A stretch of 57,318 nt of DNA, taken from contig NW_024705274.1 of assembly GCF_018977255.1 (NCBI RefSeq), positions 1 through 57,318 on the forward strand, read 5' to 3'. The notes below the pieces were generated by a model. The model worked only from the letters and a program-made list of their open reading frames with translations, searched no databases and was not told the DNA's origin. Below, piece by piece: positions 33,901 to 48,900 of this stretch. This DNA is from Callorhinchus milii (Eukaryota). The position numbers and the translations under genes were made by a program. How positions within the stretch are numbered: the stretch's first letter is position 1; each line of letters opens with the position of its first letter.

Positions 33901-36900
33901 TTACACAGAGGGCGATTTATTGGTTGGATAGTTCGGCAGACTACGGAGACAGGACCTCGTGGACCCGCTTAAGTATCCGTTGTTTACTACTTGCCAGCGG
34001 ACCAGCAGGTTTACGGGAGACCAGTGGGAGGATTAGTTTCACCCGAATGCAGGCTGCCGAGTCTAAATAGCCAGTACTTATAATTCTGATCAATCCACCG
34101 AACCAGGAGTATATGTGAATGCACCTGGATTGGCGATATATGACCACGCCCGTACTATACCCACGTGATACCTTGGACAGAAACCAGTTCATTTCTCTAA
34201 TGCAGATTCTGCTCTAATGATATAATGAGCGCACCACAACATGCTAGAAAATTCAAGTCTCGAATTACGCATACGCGGAACACGTCCAATATGAACCAAA
34301 GAAGGAGGCTTCGGCGGGGCGATAAGCGATCTCTAGTTGAAGGTGCAAGATGGTACTAAACCGGGTTTAACGATACAACAATAATGGCTTTCCGTTAGCC
34401 CCAACTCTTTCGGCAGTCCGGCTAATAGATGAGGACAGAAGGTGTACGGACGCCAGTGACAAATGGTACCCTTCCCTCGAGTTCCCCACTGGAAGTTTGG
34501 TTAGTCGTAAGTCGAGGCTGAATCGTTAATGTCTCATTGTACCTAGTGCTGCTCAAGAACCCAAGACGTAGTAGATTGTCATATAGTGACATTGAACAGC
34601 CCGTGTCGCTACGAGCAGCCTAGAATGCGTGCTAGGGGATATTTTTTCATCATTGAGAGGGGATCCGATCCACATGTATAGGGAATCTCTACGAACCGCC
34701 TGAGGACGTAGAAAAAGTAAACATTGCTTCAGTCCGTAATCCTTGCACATGATTAAAACATGACCGACCCACGTTAGTCGATTGACGGTAAATGGCACGA
34801 TTTCGGCCCTCTCCTTAAACTCATGCCGCGTTGTGCTTGTAACGAGGTACCATGGGGAGTCATTACGTATTTCCTGCTGTGGGGAATGCCTATCGACCCT
34901 CATCAGAGGCTGGTAATGACCGAGAGACATAATGAACTGCAGTGTCCGTAGATCCGCTGGGGCGTAGTTTTGCTCGTCCGGGGAGACGCGCCTCTGGATG
35001 ATCCATCAAGGAATCCGCCCTTGGAGTACACCGTCGATGTGCCGTACGACATGCTGTGAAGCATTTAGTTCTGCCCGATTTTTGTCACTCTTGGCTAGAT
35101 CTACCATGGTTATAAGCGCCGGGCATTGTTACCAAGGAGCGAAATGACTCGGGAGATGAGTCATAACCGGGCTAAAATTAATCACATGTCCGGCCTGCCC
35201 CCTGTTATTATCCTTAGTGAGGGTTAAGGGCATTGGCCTCGCTGGCGCGCGAGGACGGTCAAGGACAAGCTGCAGTGACTTCTAGGTGAAGACTGCAATG
35301 ATGAACATTGAGAGCTTGAGGCGCAGTCAGTACCCTAAGGGATGGTAGCTAGTTCCGCGGCAACTAACGCATATCTGGTAACCAGGTCGCCGGTATTACA
35401 ACAAAAATTATCTGCGTTTTTCACCAATCGTGTCACAATATGTGCATAATTCTTACTCTTGATACCACAATTACCCTTATCTAATCAAGATTACGTAACA
35501 ACTCCTTCATGCCGGCAGACAGTGACGAAGGACGGCTAGCATTACTTACCTAGTGCCTCAATGGGTCGAGGACCTGGAGGGATGGGTCGTAGAGTCGGCA
35601 ATCCTTCAAGTGAGTTTGCGCTGGCGGTAAACGTGAGAGTTTGCACCCGCCTCAATTGGGGTGTTCCGGGTAGTTATTGGAGGACGAGGGTCGGTTTCTG
35701 CGGCTGATCGTTGGTTTCCAGCGTTCCTGGCAAACGTGGATGTGACTGTTCGTTTACGGATAGATACCTAGGCTACGTCATGCCTGGAGCATCAGAGGTG
35801 AAAGTCTCCTCGTCAGATAAGCAGATAGCCTCCGACCCCCCCTAGAAACGACAAGATGAGTCGTGCAATGGATCGGAAATTTGTCAGGTTAACCTAGGGA
35901 ATTGGCTGCTGCCCTACAACAGAGAGGCTCTCCCTCCTCTCTAAGAGATAATTGGATACGTATATCCATCTTAGGTGCCAACGGCAGCTTTAGAACTGCT
36001 GCTTCGTATAGTTGCTCGACATGTTGTCCTATATCAAGGGGTCCAGTTACGAAAAGCCCTCGAGACGATAATCAACATTGACCATTCACAGGCTGTGATA
36101 AATAGTATGACGGAGAATACCGCCCGACAAGCTCGTCTAAATGCACCAACCGATGTCTACCTTCACATCACCGCCCCCCAACGAATCAAAAGCGCCGGGT
36201 GCCCGTTTGACAACCAACGGTTCGTGAGTGTCGGCGATAAGGCCACTTGTTTAGGATTACATCTCAACCTCTTCGGGGCCTACCCGCTCACCCAGAACTA
36301 GTCGAGTACCAATTGCTAAGTATGTCTACACAGTCATCTTGGTCAACACACCAAGGATAGCCCGTGTCGCACGTGTAAGGTGCCGTCTCGACTATACTGA
36401 GGAAGAGATGAGTCGGATGGCTCTAGTAAGCCATAATATGCTAAAAGTGTTTCATGTTGCTAAGATGGGATGGTTCAACATTATCAAGAATACAACGAAG
36501 AATGGTAATACTAGCGGATTGCGTCCGGCCCAAAAACTCGCGAAGAAAATGAGGATTGCTTATCTGACCGGTTTCCGCTTTTGTCCGCAATGTGTCATAG
36601 TAAGCGGAGGGGGTCAGGGACAGTAATACGTAGGACCTTACAACTCGTCCTAACACTAGAATTATCGGCTCAATTTGGTAAAGTTTTAATGTGACTCTCA
36701 TGCGCGATTGCGCTGCGATCGGCACACCGTCCGTCCCTAAGTGCAGCTTTCTAGCCCGTCGCCATTACCATCCGACTCATTCAATCGAGAGTCCGGGGGA
36801 CAATTAAAGTCGTTTTAACGTGGGCTCTTCACGTTAACCAAGCTTAGTAATTCATCAACGCAGCTTTGGTACTTGGTGCATTTACGAATCGTACATAGAG

Positions 36901-39900
36901 CCCCATGTCTAACAAGGAGGCGAAACTGTGACGAACTCAGAATGTCTTTACAAGAACCCTGAGAACAAAGTATAAAGTACTAGGCATGGGCATTTCAACC
37001 CTACGCGGGGCCGCAATAGGCACTTCCCCAGGTGAATGTCAGATTTCGAAGTTAGATACGGAGCCCTGATCTATAATAACGGCATACGACTATCCAAGCT
37101 CTTATGTTGCAAGCACTAACCTTTCGATACCTATAACTAGTTAACATATAAGCTTGGCCCTGACTCTCTCGTAGGAAATGTTGTAGCAACGTATAGACGT
37201 TATGAGCGCTCTGAGATCTTCGGTCTCCCGCAGGTTCCGAATATCTTGCTTTCGGGTAGAATGAACGTAAGAATCACAACTGCATCTAGACCACGCCATG
37301 AATATCTCGAGAACAGTAGTTCGTTCAAACAATTTTACTATATGTTGAAGCGCATTCCCTGAGTCGCAAGATTGGGATTATTCCGCTTTGAACCCGTTCG
37401 AGAATTTAGTATACAAGGCACCCATTATATTTAACGCCACACTTGAACCCATAGCGGAATATTTGCAGGAAGCAATCTGAGTATAGCAGCACCTAAAGCA
37501 CCTTGAACAGAAGAGATTAGAATCTTACTAGAAAATCCATACTCTATATTCAAGATTGACTGCTGTAATGGGAATCATGGCTCTCCCGTCCGGCATTCAA
37601 ACTATAGGAGAACATCGAATTAGGAAGGGCAATAGCTAATGAACTAACACCGCTAATAAGTGAATACGCTGACACACATAGGTCACCTTGTCAATCAGTG
37701 ACCTGGCCTGTGATCTCGTTGTACAGTATAAACCAGTGCTAATGGGACCAAACGACTTGTAAGTTACTCGAGACACATGACACTAGCGAGCAACGTTGAA
37801 ATATCTAAAGCTGGATCCGGAATACGGATGCCCGATCAGCGAACCTCTTAGACTCCAAAAGGGCCGCATGCACACGAGTTTCGTACGGTTGAAAACATTT
37901 TTGAATTCAGGTCGACACCGGATGTGACGCTATGCGATACCGAGTGTTTTCCAATGCGCGTGCAATCTCGTTACTATGGGTTGATAGGAGGTGTCGACTA
38001 AAGCCGTATCATGCCGACTCATGGTCCCACATGGCGTGGCGGGATTCAAATTTGCCCAGTCCCCATCGCGAATAACATAAACCTTCGGTGAGCTCGTCTC
38101 CGACTAATAAAGACGTGGTCCGGTGCATCTCACATACTATGGGTACTCTAATCGATAAACGTTACGTAACTAATCTCTCTCCCCGCTGTTGTCGTCGATA
38201 GGACGGCGTCGGCAGCGCTGAAGTCATAGTATGCACGCATAAATCGGGCAACCACTTTTTATGGTGCAAGACTAGCGGCCTAATAGTGAGAATATAGAGC
38301 TGGAAGCGATCAGGACGGTAAGAGGTACGGACCCTGTACGGATCCGAAATGTTCGCATACGCCCGTATGAGATGCGGTGATTCTCACCGTCTTTTGCAAT
38401 GGAGCGGGTGCGTTTTTGATTGTCGGGAATCCCTCAGTTAAAGTTTTTGGTTTCCTGCACGGCTGCGGAATAAAAAAGACGAGCACCTCAAGCCGGGACG
38501 CCTTACAGGTGACGATGTTATGCCATAGCGTATCCTAACTACTGTTACTGATCGCATACTACTAAATCCTAGGACAATTAGACTAAGTCAATGCCTAGAC
38601 CGTATGAGTTCGACCTTGTAATTTCAGGCCAGATCGAACTGACGCTTGAGAGACTCCGGCAAGTTACCTTGTCGTGCCAGTGATTATGACAGAACACAAA
38701 GGGAGATCTTGACCTATTCGCTGATAGGGGGACCGTAGTGTTTACGTTTGCGTAGCCGCACAGAGGTTAGGGATGGCATGAAGACTTGTTGTAGCATTGT
38801 AAGATTGAGGGAGGCTGCGATCCGCAACCAAGGTACGACAGCCCGCAAGGTATTTGAACTATCCGCGTCTGACGGAAACTATGCAGGTATTCCCTCCCAT
38901 CGTTGATCTATCTAAAAGGTGTTTCGAAACTTTCTAGGTGACGCTACATCAAGCTCGCGACGGTGATGGACACTATAGCTCGCATCCAGGCTAACCAACG
39001 CCCTGGCACACCACGGGATGCTCTAATACGTAGGTGCCTGGACTAAGTATACTAGTGTCTAGTGAGTGTGAAGAGAACCCTGGATGCAAGGCTCTGATCA
39101 GAGTTTAGAAGACGTTGGTGTAGATAGTGGTGTTTATTCAATGATTCATTTTAAGCCCTGAACGCCATCCACCCACAATGATTTAGCCAATTAGGCTATA
39201 ATGGGGATCGCTCCAATGGATCACTCAAACACTTGTATGCGGGGACAATTCCTCACGACAAGAATCTATACTCTAAAGCCTAGTACGAATGTAATATAGA
39301 CCGGTGACAGCGATACGGTTTCCAAATTCCATCCGAGTACCAACCGCTACAGGTTCAGGAAAATGAGTTGTCACTGCGTCGGGAGGTGTGATCCAGTACA
39401 TTTACATATTTGGGGACAAAAATCGGGGACAACATCGTTAGAAAAAGGATCAATGAAGGAGTCTGAACCACTTGCAACTAGGGCTTTTTCACGAACTTAA
39501 TTGACTGCCACGCACTACGTTGATGGACCGGTCTGTCAACTGCGTTTTATTATCCCGCATTTCATCTATTGAGGACAAGACCGAGATGCTGGCCCTTCAA
39601 CTTGACCAGCGCTTCAGGGCCCCAACGGGACTGGTAATGATTAGTTCGTTATCGACAACTAATCCGGTGGCCCGGATTGTTAGTGAGCACCGCACCCCAC
39701 TGTGGGTAACTCTATGCAGTAATTTCGTCATTGAGAAGGCTGTGCTCGTTTTCTTTGTCTATGATGGGACGACTAGGTAATTACTTGTCGTTCTGCACTA
39801 CGTGTGAGGCGCGATGGATTCCCACCGCTTCGTTGTAGCATGACCTTATCGAAATAGTGCCGAGATAATAATGTGATTTGGTTAACCCTCCAGATATACT

Positions 39901-42900
39901 ATCATGTTCCGAAACGGGAAAGAGGATGAGAGAGTGAGCCTTGCCACCCAAAGCGTACAAACCGCAGCCAAGCACCCGCTTGCGCGGATCATCCACAGTT
40001 GAGGGTGGTTAACCCTCAGAAGGATCCTCTCAATACGGCATTCTTCGCAGGACTGGGCTGACAAGGCGTCTGCTCACGGTTGATCATAGGAATTAATTAA
40101 ACCACTCACTTTACATCGGTTCATGAACTGGTTGAGAGGGGCTCCTGTAAAGAGTATCAGAGCACTGAACAATCAAAAATGGCGATGACGAAGGCGGAGT
40201 GATAATGAAGCACCCCTGGGTGACGGCCGGTTCATATATATACCCCGCTCTGGTACAGCCAGCGAGCCATTGGTACGAATAAAAGATCCATCTTCGTCCA
40301 GAGTGACTGCTAGTGCTCCGTCAGTTGACACACTCATTTGGACCAGATTGACGTACTGGAGGAATCTTTCTGTATGGCTAATCCCGTCGGCTTATAGGAT
40401 AAAACCAGTGTCCGCTATCGACGACGCAACGGGAGGCTTCAAGACTTGTTTCGATGAGTGAAAACAGGGGGATTGCTTCAAGGGTATGTCGATGTACCTT
40501 TGATACCGAATTGCTGTCCATACGATAATCCAGAAGCTAAAATTTTTGACAACCTCTATCTGATGCGCTACATCGTAAGCTAGCGGTCGTGGACTCTTTG
40601 AGCATAAATTAGGCTGTCCCAAATACTGCTCGACGCAGCAGAACACGCCGCCCAACACGCTCGAGCTTTACATTATCACCATTGTGACCGGACGACAACG
40701 TAGTACCTAATCGAGTCGTTGCACTGTTGCGGGTGTGTGTATAACCTCGTAGAGCGACTTGGCCCTTGCCGGACTACTCTAGCGATAGACCCGGTGGAAA
40801 ACATTGCGAGGTCACGAGAGGTAGTCAAAATTTCTAGGCTCTGCATTACCGTCTGCTGGCTTTAAACGATGTCGGAATATTCGCATACGCGTTGCGAGGT
40901 TTCACTTGTTAGTGTATACAAATAGTGAAAGTCTCGAGTGGTCGGCAATTGCCTAAGCTTCTTTACCTATTCAGGCCACGCTGCTTGCGGCTTACACGGG
41001 ATGATGTGGGCTCACGGGTCGCGATAGCATGCTCTGTGTCATCTATTGTCCGGCTAAGTAACCGTTGCCAGCGAACTTATATTATGCAGTTGACCGATTC
41101 AACCTTCATCAGGACTGGCCGGTAAATGGACTAAATGGATGCTATCTGGCAACATATTAAAATAAGAGCCCCGTTCACAACATGACTTCTAGGCTACTAA
41201 GGTTGACACCTTTCAGTTTCATATAATACATAAGGTAGGTCTCTCGGCTCCATGCACGTTAGCTTGTAGACTATGCTAGCGTAGTCATTACCGGACGGCG
41301 CCGGCGTAGTGTCATTCGATACTAATCCGGAACGTTATCTGGCTGGGAAAGCTACTTACCACGCTTAGGCTACCGGCATATAGGGTGAGTACACGGCGAG
41401 GCGAATTCAAATTATATAGGCACAGGTGCAAATTGTCTTGAAACCTTATATTAACGTTCACTGAACTAGGGACCCAACACCCTAGAGTTCATACTATGCA
41501 TGTTACTCACTTAACCCCGTGCGTTTGGGCTCCCTGTGTTAGCTGGACGCTGTGGTGTAAGTCTCAGCATGAGTGCCTGAAAAATATTTTCATTCACTAG
41601 GACCAGAGAATCAATCCTGGTAAAGACGATCCAGCCGCCTCTACTCAGATACGTGGATAAATGGGACCTGAGCCGATGCGGCACTATCGTGAAGCAGATG
41701 CAACCGGCGTACTTATCGCGTTCGAACACTGACACACTCATAATGACACCCATTCAGCGCGCCTGAGCGTCTGTGCTTGGAATGGCAATGTCGAGCTCGA
41801 ATGGAACATGTTATCTTATTCCTAGCGTTCGAATTCTTTGCTCAACGACTCCGACCTAACATTCCAAGTTGTTGCGTATTATACGATATATCGCCACCAA
41901 TTCGCAGGTAAATGTTTATTAATGTAGCGTATGATAATGGAATACCGCCATCCCAGGCTTCGGACTGCAGGTTTAATTCACTCAAAATTTAGCCGATTCA
42001 CTACGTTAATCGGGAGGTTAAACAGAGACTGCTGTTCACTATCTCGACCTGCATACTCGTGAATCCGCATAGTCCCGGACTCTTCACTAGGCTCGGGTTA
42101 GTTCCAGTCAAAAACTGCCAAACTTAACTCACCTCTAGGGAGCGACTGGCGACAGCACGCATGGATGTTCAGGAGGGAGGACGCAAGCACGACCCCCACT
42201 CGAGGAAGTGGGGGGAGGGAAAAACGACAGTTTGACACGGTGGTCGTAGTTGGGCTTATCAATACTAGGTGTGTTGATTCCTTCAGTCTGGACCTCGCGT
42301 CCATTGCGAAGCTGACGCAGGATTAAGGGGATTGCTAGCGCGATGGAGCCAGTACGTTAAGGCTGATGGAACGTGTTTCTCGCGTGGGTCGGTGTTTCCG
42401 GAGCGGGTTGACGATACAACAAATAACCCCTAGCCCGATAAACGTCCTATGTCAGGGTCGATCGGTGTAATACGGAATGCTCGTCCATTACTTCTATTGT
42501 AGTTATAACTTTCCACTAATACATATCTTAGCCGCGACAATATGACGAAGATGGTAATCCCCACTGAGCTGAAACCGATCAGAGCTAGAGGTGAGTCATC
42601 GCGCGCCGTCTTGTTTGGCACCAGTACTCTCTCTCACACACCGATACTATGATGGTGACACGCTGCCCTTGCGCAATTAACACGCTGCTCGCGTACTTTC
42701 AATCATGGCGTGGTCGTTGTATTGGTCAAGGCAATTGGCCATCCGACCTGGAGAACTGACAATGAGTTAACGGATGACGTATTTGTCCGCGCCTATGACT
42801 TGGGGGAGCCAAACCTAAGCGATCCTTGTTGGAAGTGGGAATTCATACTAGTCCAACCCTCAGTAGTATGACATCTTCCCCAGGCTGCCTGGTTAGAGTT

Positions 42901-45900
42901 ATGGGGAAGGATCCAACCAAGTGCCACTCGGACCCCTGCATGGAGGGACGGCGGGATTCAAACAGAAAGGGTCATTCTGACTGACGACCTACGCGTGATC
43001 TAAGCCGAACGGTCTCCAGTACTGAAGATCGTCCCCACTGGTTGCCCTAGCCTCTAGGTGCCGAGGCCTCCGGCATGACTAAATGTTCAGAGCCTTCCTG
43101 ACTGGTGACCCGTAGGTTTAATTTGTAAGGAAGGCGTGCCAACAATGCAGATGGTCCAAATTGGCAAAACCGTCCATACAGCAAAAGGATGCTCTGTGGT
43201 GCCCTTTCGCGGTCTGTGGCGGTGAAACCGATAGAGAGGGGGTCTGCCCGGCCGGTTCTCTAGTGTAATAGATGCTCCGCCGAAGATCGGGCGAAAGTCG
43301 CTCCTGGTACGGTAGTCCTCTTGAGATTCGACGGAAGACGGGCCGACCATTTGTCCAAACCCTGCACCATGTGGGGCGAGCACTTCAATTCCGCGGAAAT
43401 ATCGATGCAAGCACATATGCTGTTCTTGGCGTACAAAAACTAGCACAAACATTGCTGGATGCTGACGGTTACCTTGGTTGGGTTTCACTGGTGCATCGGA
43501 GGTAAACTACGGAAACACTCGGCAAGATAAATGTCCTCGGGTGCCTCGTATTATATGAAAAGGACACGGGTTCCTTGCAATGTCAGAGCGAATGTCTCTT
43601 GCCGACAGTTCTATTTTCAGCTACCATGTAGGCCTTCTTTGCTGAGAGCGGCTGTTTTTGCTTTAAACTTGTGGGGAGTGCTACCAGGGCGGTAAAGTGA
43701 GAAGTCCGTTGACCAGTGATAATCAGCATAATCCCATATATATAGAGACAAGAGATCTGGGGCGCAACCAAAGTGATCATAGAAGAGTACGGGGCTGGAA
43801 TTGCTACCTTGGGGGACCGTGACGACTTACAGCTTAAGCGTATACTGGATAAACCGTCTCGAGAAAGTCAGCTTTGACAATATGAGGCTCAGACCCGCAA
43901 ACAAGCTATGGTTGATTTGCTAAAACTCGATTCCCACACTCTAGATGGCAGCAGCGCTGCAGGAGTCGGGTATACTTCGGTCTTGATGAAGGATACCCAA
44001 GGAAGGTCCCAATGTTTCGTCACGTAGGCAGTTGGCATGAATTCCGTCAAGTGGACTTGTAAATTGCTGCTGACCGGATCCCCGAGAATCTTAAGTTGTA
44101 CACAAGCTGTTATGTTGCATGTGGATTGCTACCGGGGATTTCTAGGGCTTATTACCCAATGTACGCTCTCAAACGCTGTGATTGCGTGATTCTAGACTCT
44201 AGCATGAAGTAATAAGCTAATTTGGACACCCGGAGGACCCCCATAATATGCTGACACATCTACATTCTGGTTAACTCCGCGCGCACTTCTTTTGATTCCT
44301 TTCGGGCCCATATGAATCTATAACTGCGGACCGTGAGAGCAAAATTTAGTGAACGCCCTATTCCGGTAGACATGAAAACTTCCACATAAGAGTGCGCCTC
44401 CACGGCACATTGGTATTCCTGCCCCCCTACATTGAAAAGCACGGGTGCGAGCCACGTTGATACGATCTTGAACATCAGTGCAACACCCTGTGGTACTGAT
44501 TTAGACCCACTATGAGCGGTAATTGGGTAACATAGAGCTATACAGTTACCCTATTACACTGGTCTTATGTCAACCAGAAGTCCTCGAACTCGTAAGAGAG
44601 TCATACTGATTGACTTGTTCGTACGACTCGGGCCCTTCGGCCAGTTAAAGTCACTCTTGTAGTTGAAACCCCCGAATCAGCTGGGACTGCGCCGTAATTG
44701 TTCATCAGCTTTCTGTGGGAGTATAGAGAATAAATTAGCCAACGCAGGATGTTACCAACACGCAGCACAGAGAGTGCCGGACGCAGACCCCGGTGTCCCT
44801 TACGAGTTAGGTCGAACCTGTTCTCATGCACTCTTGAATAGCGCCCCTCAACTGTCTTGATGGCTCCCGATGGGATGGGTTATTGGCGACATGAGAAGCA
44901 AGAAAATTCAACCCTTCGGTGGTTAATTAAGTGCCACCGGTGCTCCCACACGGTCGGAGTCCGCGCCGGGATCTGGTCTCCTTCCTGTCATTATTTAGGG
45001 ACCTGTGGTCTCAGTAACAAAGGAGTTTGAGGTCCAAAGGAGACTGTAGTAATCGTCTCGTACGGCGGCTTAATCTGCGAACCCGGGATTTAACCAAGTC
45101 TCACAACATTAGCCACAGAAACGAAGAGGCTCAAGGGGCTACTTCCCGGGCCAACGACTGAGAGGACCCAGGCTTTAGGTAGCTAGAAAAATCAAAATAC
45201 CTTGGGTTGAAACAACGAGGAGTCAGAAATGCATGCGTCTGAATAACGGTGATGACCTTGGGCACCCAACGAAGGCCTAAATCGGCATGTACCAGTCGTG
45301 GATCCTGGGCCTAAGCCTGCGATGCACCCCCCATAGGTTATAACCCGGATTCAGGCCCCTACGATATTCAACGGATAACACCAGTAGATTGAGTCAACTG
45401 CAAACCCTGGTTGCGATTCTCCAACCCAACGGGCCGTGTATAGTAAGACAAGCGGTCTCACTGGGGTCTGATCTTATATGAAACACAATGCCCACAAGTC
45501 CATAGTACTCAGTCGATGCTCTGGAGGTTGTTCTCGCAGCGGGCGGTCGTCGAACGACTGGAGACTCCCGACGGTCACGATGTTTCCCGCTAAATTGGCG
45601 GCAGGATCATAATTGAATGCAGGGTAACCCCCGTGTTTTAAAGCCGAAAGAACAAGGGAGGACGCTAGCAGCACTGATTCCAAAAAGCTATTATCGCCGT
45701 ACTAAGACTAGCAGGGTAGAGCGAACCTGCTGAATGTTAGCAGACATAATATCCTCCGTGTTTCTGAGACTTTACGAAATCTACTACACTCGCACCTGAT
45801 ACTCTACTACATCTCAATAGTAGACACGGAGGGCTCCGCTTTTCCTGATGGCGACTACGACCGCCTTACAACTCAGCAAAATTCACCGAAAATGATTAAT

Positions 45901-48900
45901 TAACTCATCAGGGCGGTCTCTGGGACATGTGTTAGGCGACGTGCGCAGTCCGGTTAGAACGAGATTTCTGCTAGTTATACAGACGCTGAAACAGTAAAGG
46001 AACTTAGCTCGCTGAAGATGATAGCACGGATTCGTGAGCCATCCCACTAACGCCAGCGAATAGTCCCCGCAGGCGGGTGTAATAGTGCAGCTCCGTCGTG
46101 CGTGATATAGGGTTTCTCGCATTTCTATGCCCGGAGTCACGCTGGCAATGAGCAAGGTACCTCTCTGCCACAACGGAAGTACGAAACCACTATACGGGCG
46201 TATGGAAAGGCATTACGCCAGCAGAGAGGGCTTCGCTCCGGTTAACATGGTGAGAGGCCGCTCACAAGCTTAATTAAAACAGCTAACTAAACCGTCGGTA
46301 CAACTCTAAGACCTTTCGAAGTACTTGAGGTTAGAATAGAAGCCCACGAGGTTCTCCCTAAGTCCTACTACTGCGCCTCACCGCATTGTCTAGAATTTTG
46401 TTCCCTTACGATCATGATCTGAACCCCGACATAGGGAATTAGTTGGAAAGGAACAAGTAGTACTTTTCAATGATTTCACTTATTACATGCTAATGGCCAG
46501 CCGAGTTGCAATACGGGTGCGACTTTCACATTGGTTTGGCGCTAGAGTAAAGAATGGGGGGGAACTCCGTACGGGGCCTGAACTTTGCGATGACGCGTTT
46601 CCCGGTAACTGTCATACTTCTTTATGTGGGCGCACGCCGACAGTGTAGATAAGGAGGGATCCGTGCAGTCCTTAACAACGTGATGTTTGTAGCTACATTT
46701 GATCCTACTATGAACTACACGGTTCCCTACTATTTGCTATGGCCTTGCAGGAGTTTTTGTCTGTCGCTTATATCTGTAACGCCAAACCGCCTGGGCGAGA
46801 ACCCAACTTGTAGGGCCGTGTGTATGATAACTAGCCATGAGTCTGCCACGTAGGCGAATGCGTCCAGAAACCGGATACGCGAACATATTCTTATGACAAA
46901 ATCCACAAGATAGAAGATTTATCCGTACCGTCCCGGCAGATCGAAGCTCTAGCAATCGCTAAGAATCCGATCTAACCAGGTGAATAAAAGCATCTGTAGC
47001 CTCACTGGGAACACTATTCCCAGCCCTTAAATCACAGCTCAGATCGTATCTTCTGAATAAAATAGGTCCTACAATTCCACGTACTCCATTATAGCTGATT
47101 CTCCCGGTCTCCTATGCACGCCTACGAGCCGGACATAGTCTTATAAGCGCACAGTAATTCAAGCATCTACGGTGTTTCAGAACGAAAGGTAGCAACCTCC
47201 TCGGCCACATTGATCTCTCCGTGTCCGGGGTAGCACTAAAATATGTACAGTTTCTCACGGACAAAATTCATAGATACAACGCGAAATATGGGACTCGGCA
47301 CGCCAACGATCTGATACCCGTGTGGCTTTTTCCAATACCCGTTCAGTACAACATTGATATCCAGTCCACATGCTCCCGTGTTAGTTCGGCAGATCTGCTG
47401 TCATTCATAACCCCAGCAGCTTGTTGTCACTGCGCATACGTTAAGTCACTGGGCTTCCTATGGATATGGGCATACATGTAACACCCCTTCTCCTGTGATC
47501 ATAGGTCTCCGTCCGATACTCCATCAGACACCCGTTAGCACCTCTCCTCACGGCGGTGAGTCAATCGCACCGCCCTTTATGAGACTGAACGGGGCAGAGG
47601 GCAGGGAGGCGTTACGACGATGACTACGATAATTGGTCGGCTCGGAGCGATTCGTTTAGTCACATCAGCAGCTTTAGCTAATAATAATTACAGTGACTTC
47701 GCGGTGCAGAAATAGTTAGATGTCACTTTGGGTAGAGGCCCTACAGTATAGGTCGTTTAAAGACTAGCTGGCGGGCAAGTTCCGACGTCGGAAGCTACCT
47801 GCCGTCGAATCTGCAGCGGTAGCCAGAAAGCGGAGTAAAGGGCACTTCATCTTCGTGGGTCGGGCTTTTTCAATGGATGTAGTGTGCGTCATTTAGGGCG
47901 CAGCGATATGTAGGCCCTATTGGGACAGAACAGTGATATACTATGATGAGCAACTGTTTGCTGGCGTGTTCTGACAGGACTTGAAAAAGTCACAGACCTA
48001 ATCCGTACATGGCCTAAGATTGGTCCAGTAGATGCCTGATTTCCCCATATGAGCCCTAGCGTAAAACCAGTGCCAACGATTGCTTAACTAGAGATAGATC
48101 TGGCATTGAGGCTCACCTTATCATACTGGTCATGAATCACCTGGATATAGTACTCTAAGCTTCCCGATGAAGATACCTTTTGCGAACCTCAGTGATCTAT
48201 GTAGCCTTCCAGACACTAAACGCTCCTGCCATCTTGGACGAAAATGAGCGAATGGACCCTTGATTCACTCATTAGGCAACGCGGATAGTCATCTCACTGA
48301 AAAGTTACACAAATCGGCAACTTCTAGTGTTCAAGTCTAAAGGTAACGGCTACTGGGCAGAGAAGTCTCTAGTAGAAAATGTGAGCGTAAAGCGTGGCAA
48401 AACGGTGAGCTAAGCCACTAGTGGCGGCGGACGTAGTGCCACCATCCTAGGCCGTAGTTACTACGCGGTATTGGACTTCAAGCCTAAAGCGGCTTCTAAT
48501 AATATCGTACTCAATCTGAATTATAATTCTGACTGAGTATATCGTGATATATCCACTCCCTAATTTACAGTATGATCTGGTCTTTCAGCTTTTAGAGGGT
48601 GGGCTCATTCACGACCTCGTCCCCACGCATATCGTAAGTCGAGCCGGTGATTTATTGGGATGAGAGGGGCCGTCCCGACCACCTTAGATGGTCGTGCGGG
48701 AAGGGTTACCCGATATCCTAGCGCAGGCCCGCAGGGGGATGATCAGATGTAGCGAGGATTGATCACCAGTGTTCGATACACAGCGGCTAGGAAGGGCAGT
48801 GGATTCCATACCGGGGAGAAGTGGGTAGACGCCCTGTGAGCCCCTGGTAACTAGGACATTGTTATGACTTTCACAGGAAATTTCCGGCGGAAGATATCGA

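Noticed and set aside
43087-43488. 133-aa ORF, and other 60-125-aa ORFs, in the right half
   Set aside because: Lengths are compatible with chance in 32 kb of random sequence; no motifs, codon bias or gene-like organisation.
48414-48425. 12-bp palindrome gccactagtggc and similar short hairpins in the right half
   Set aside because: About 8 such palindromes are expected by chance in 32 kb (1 in 4096 per position).
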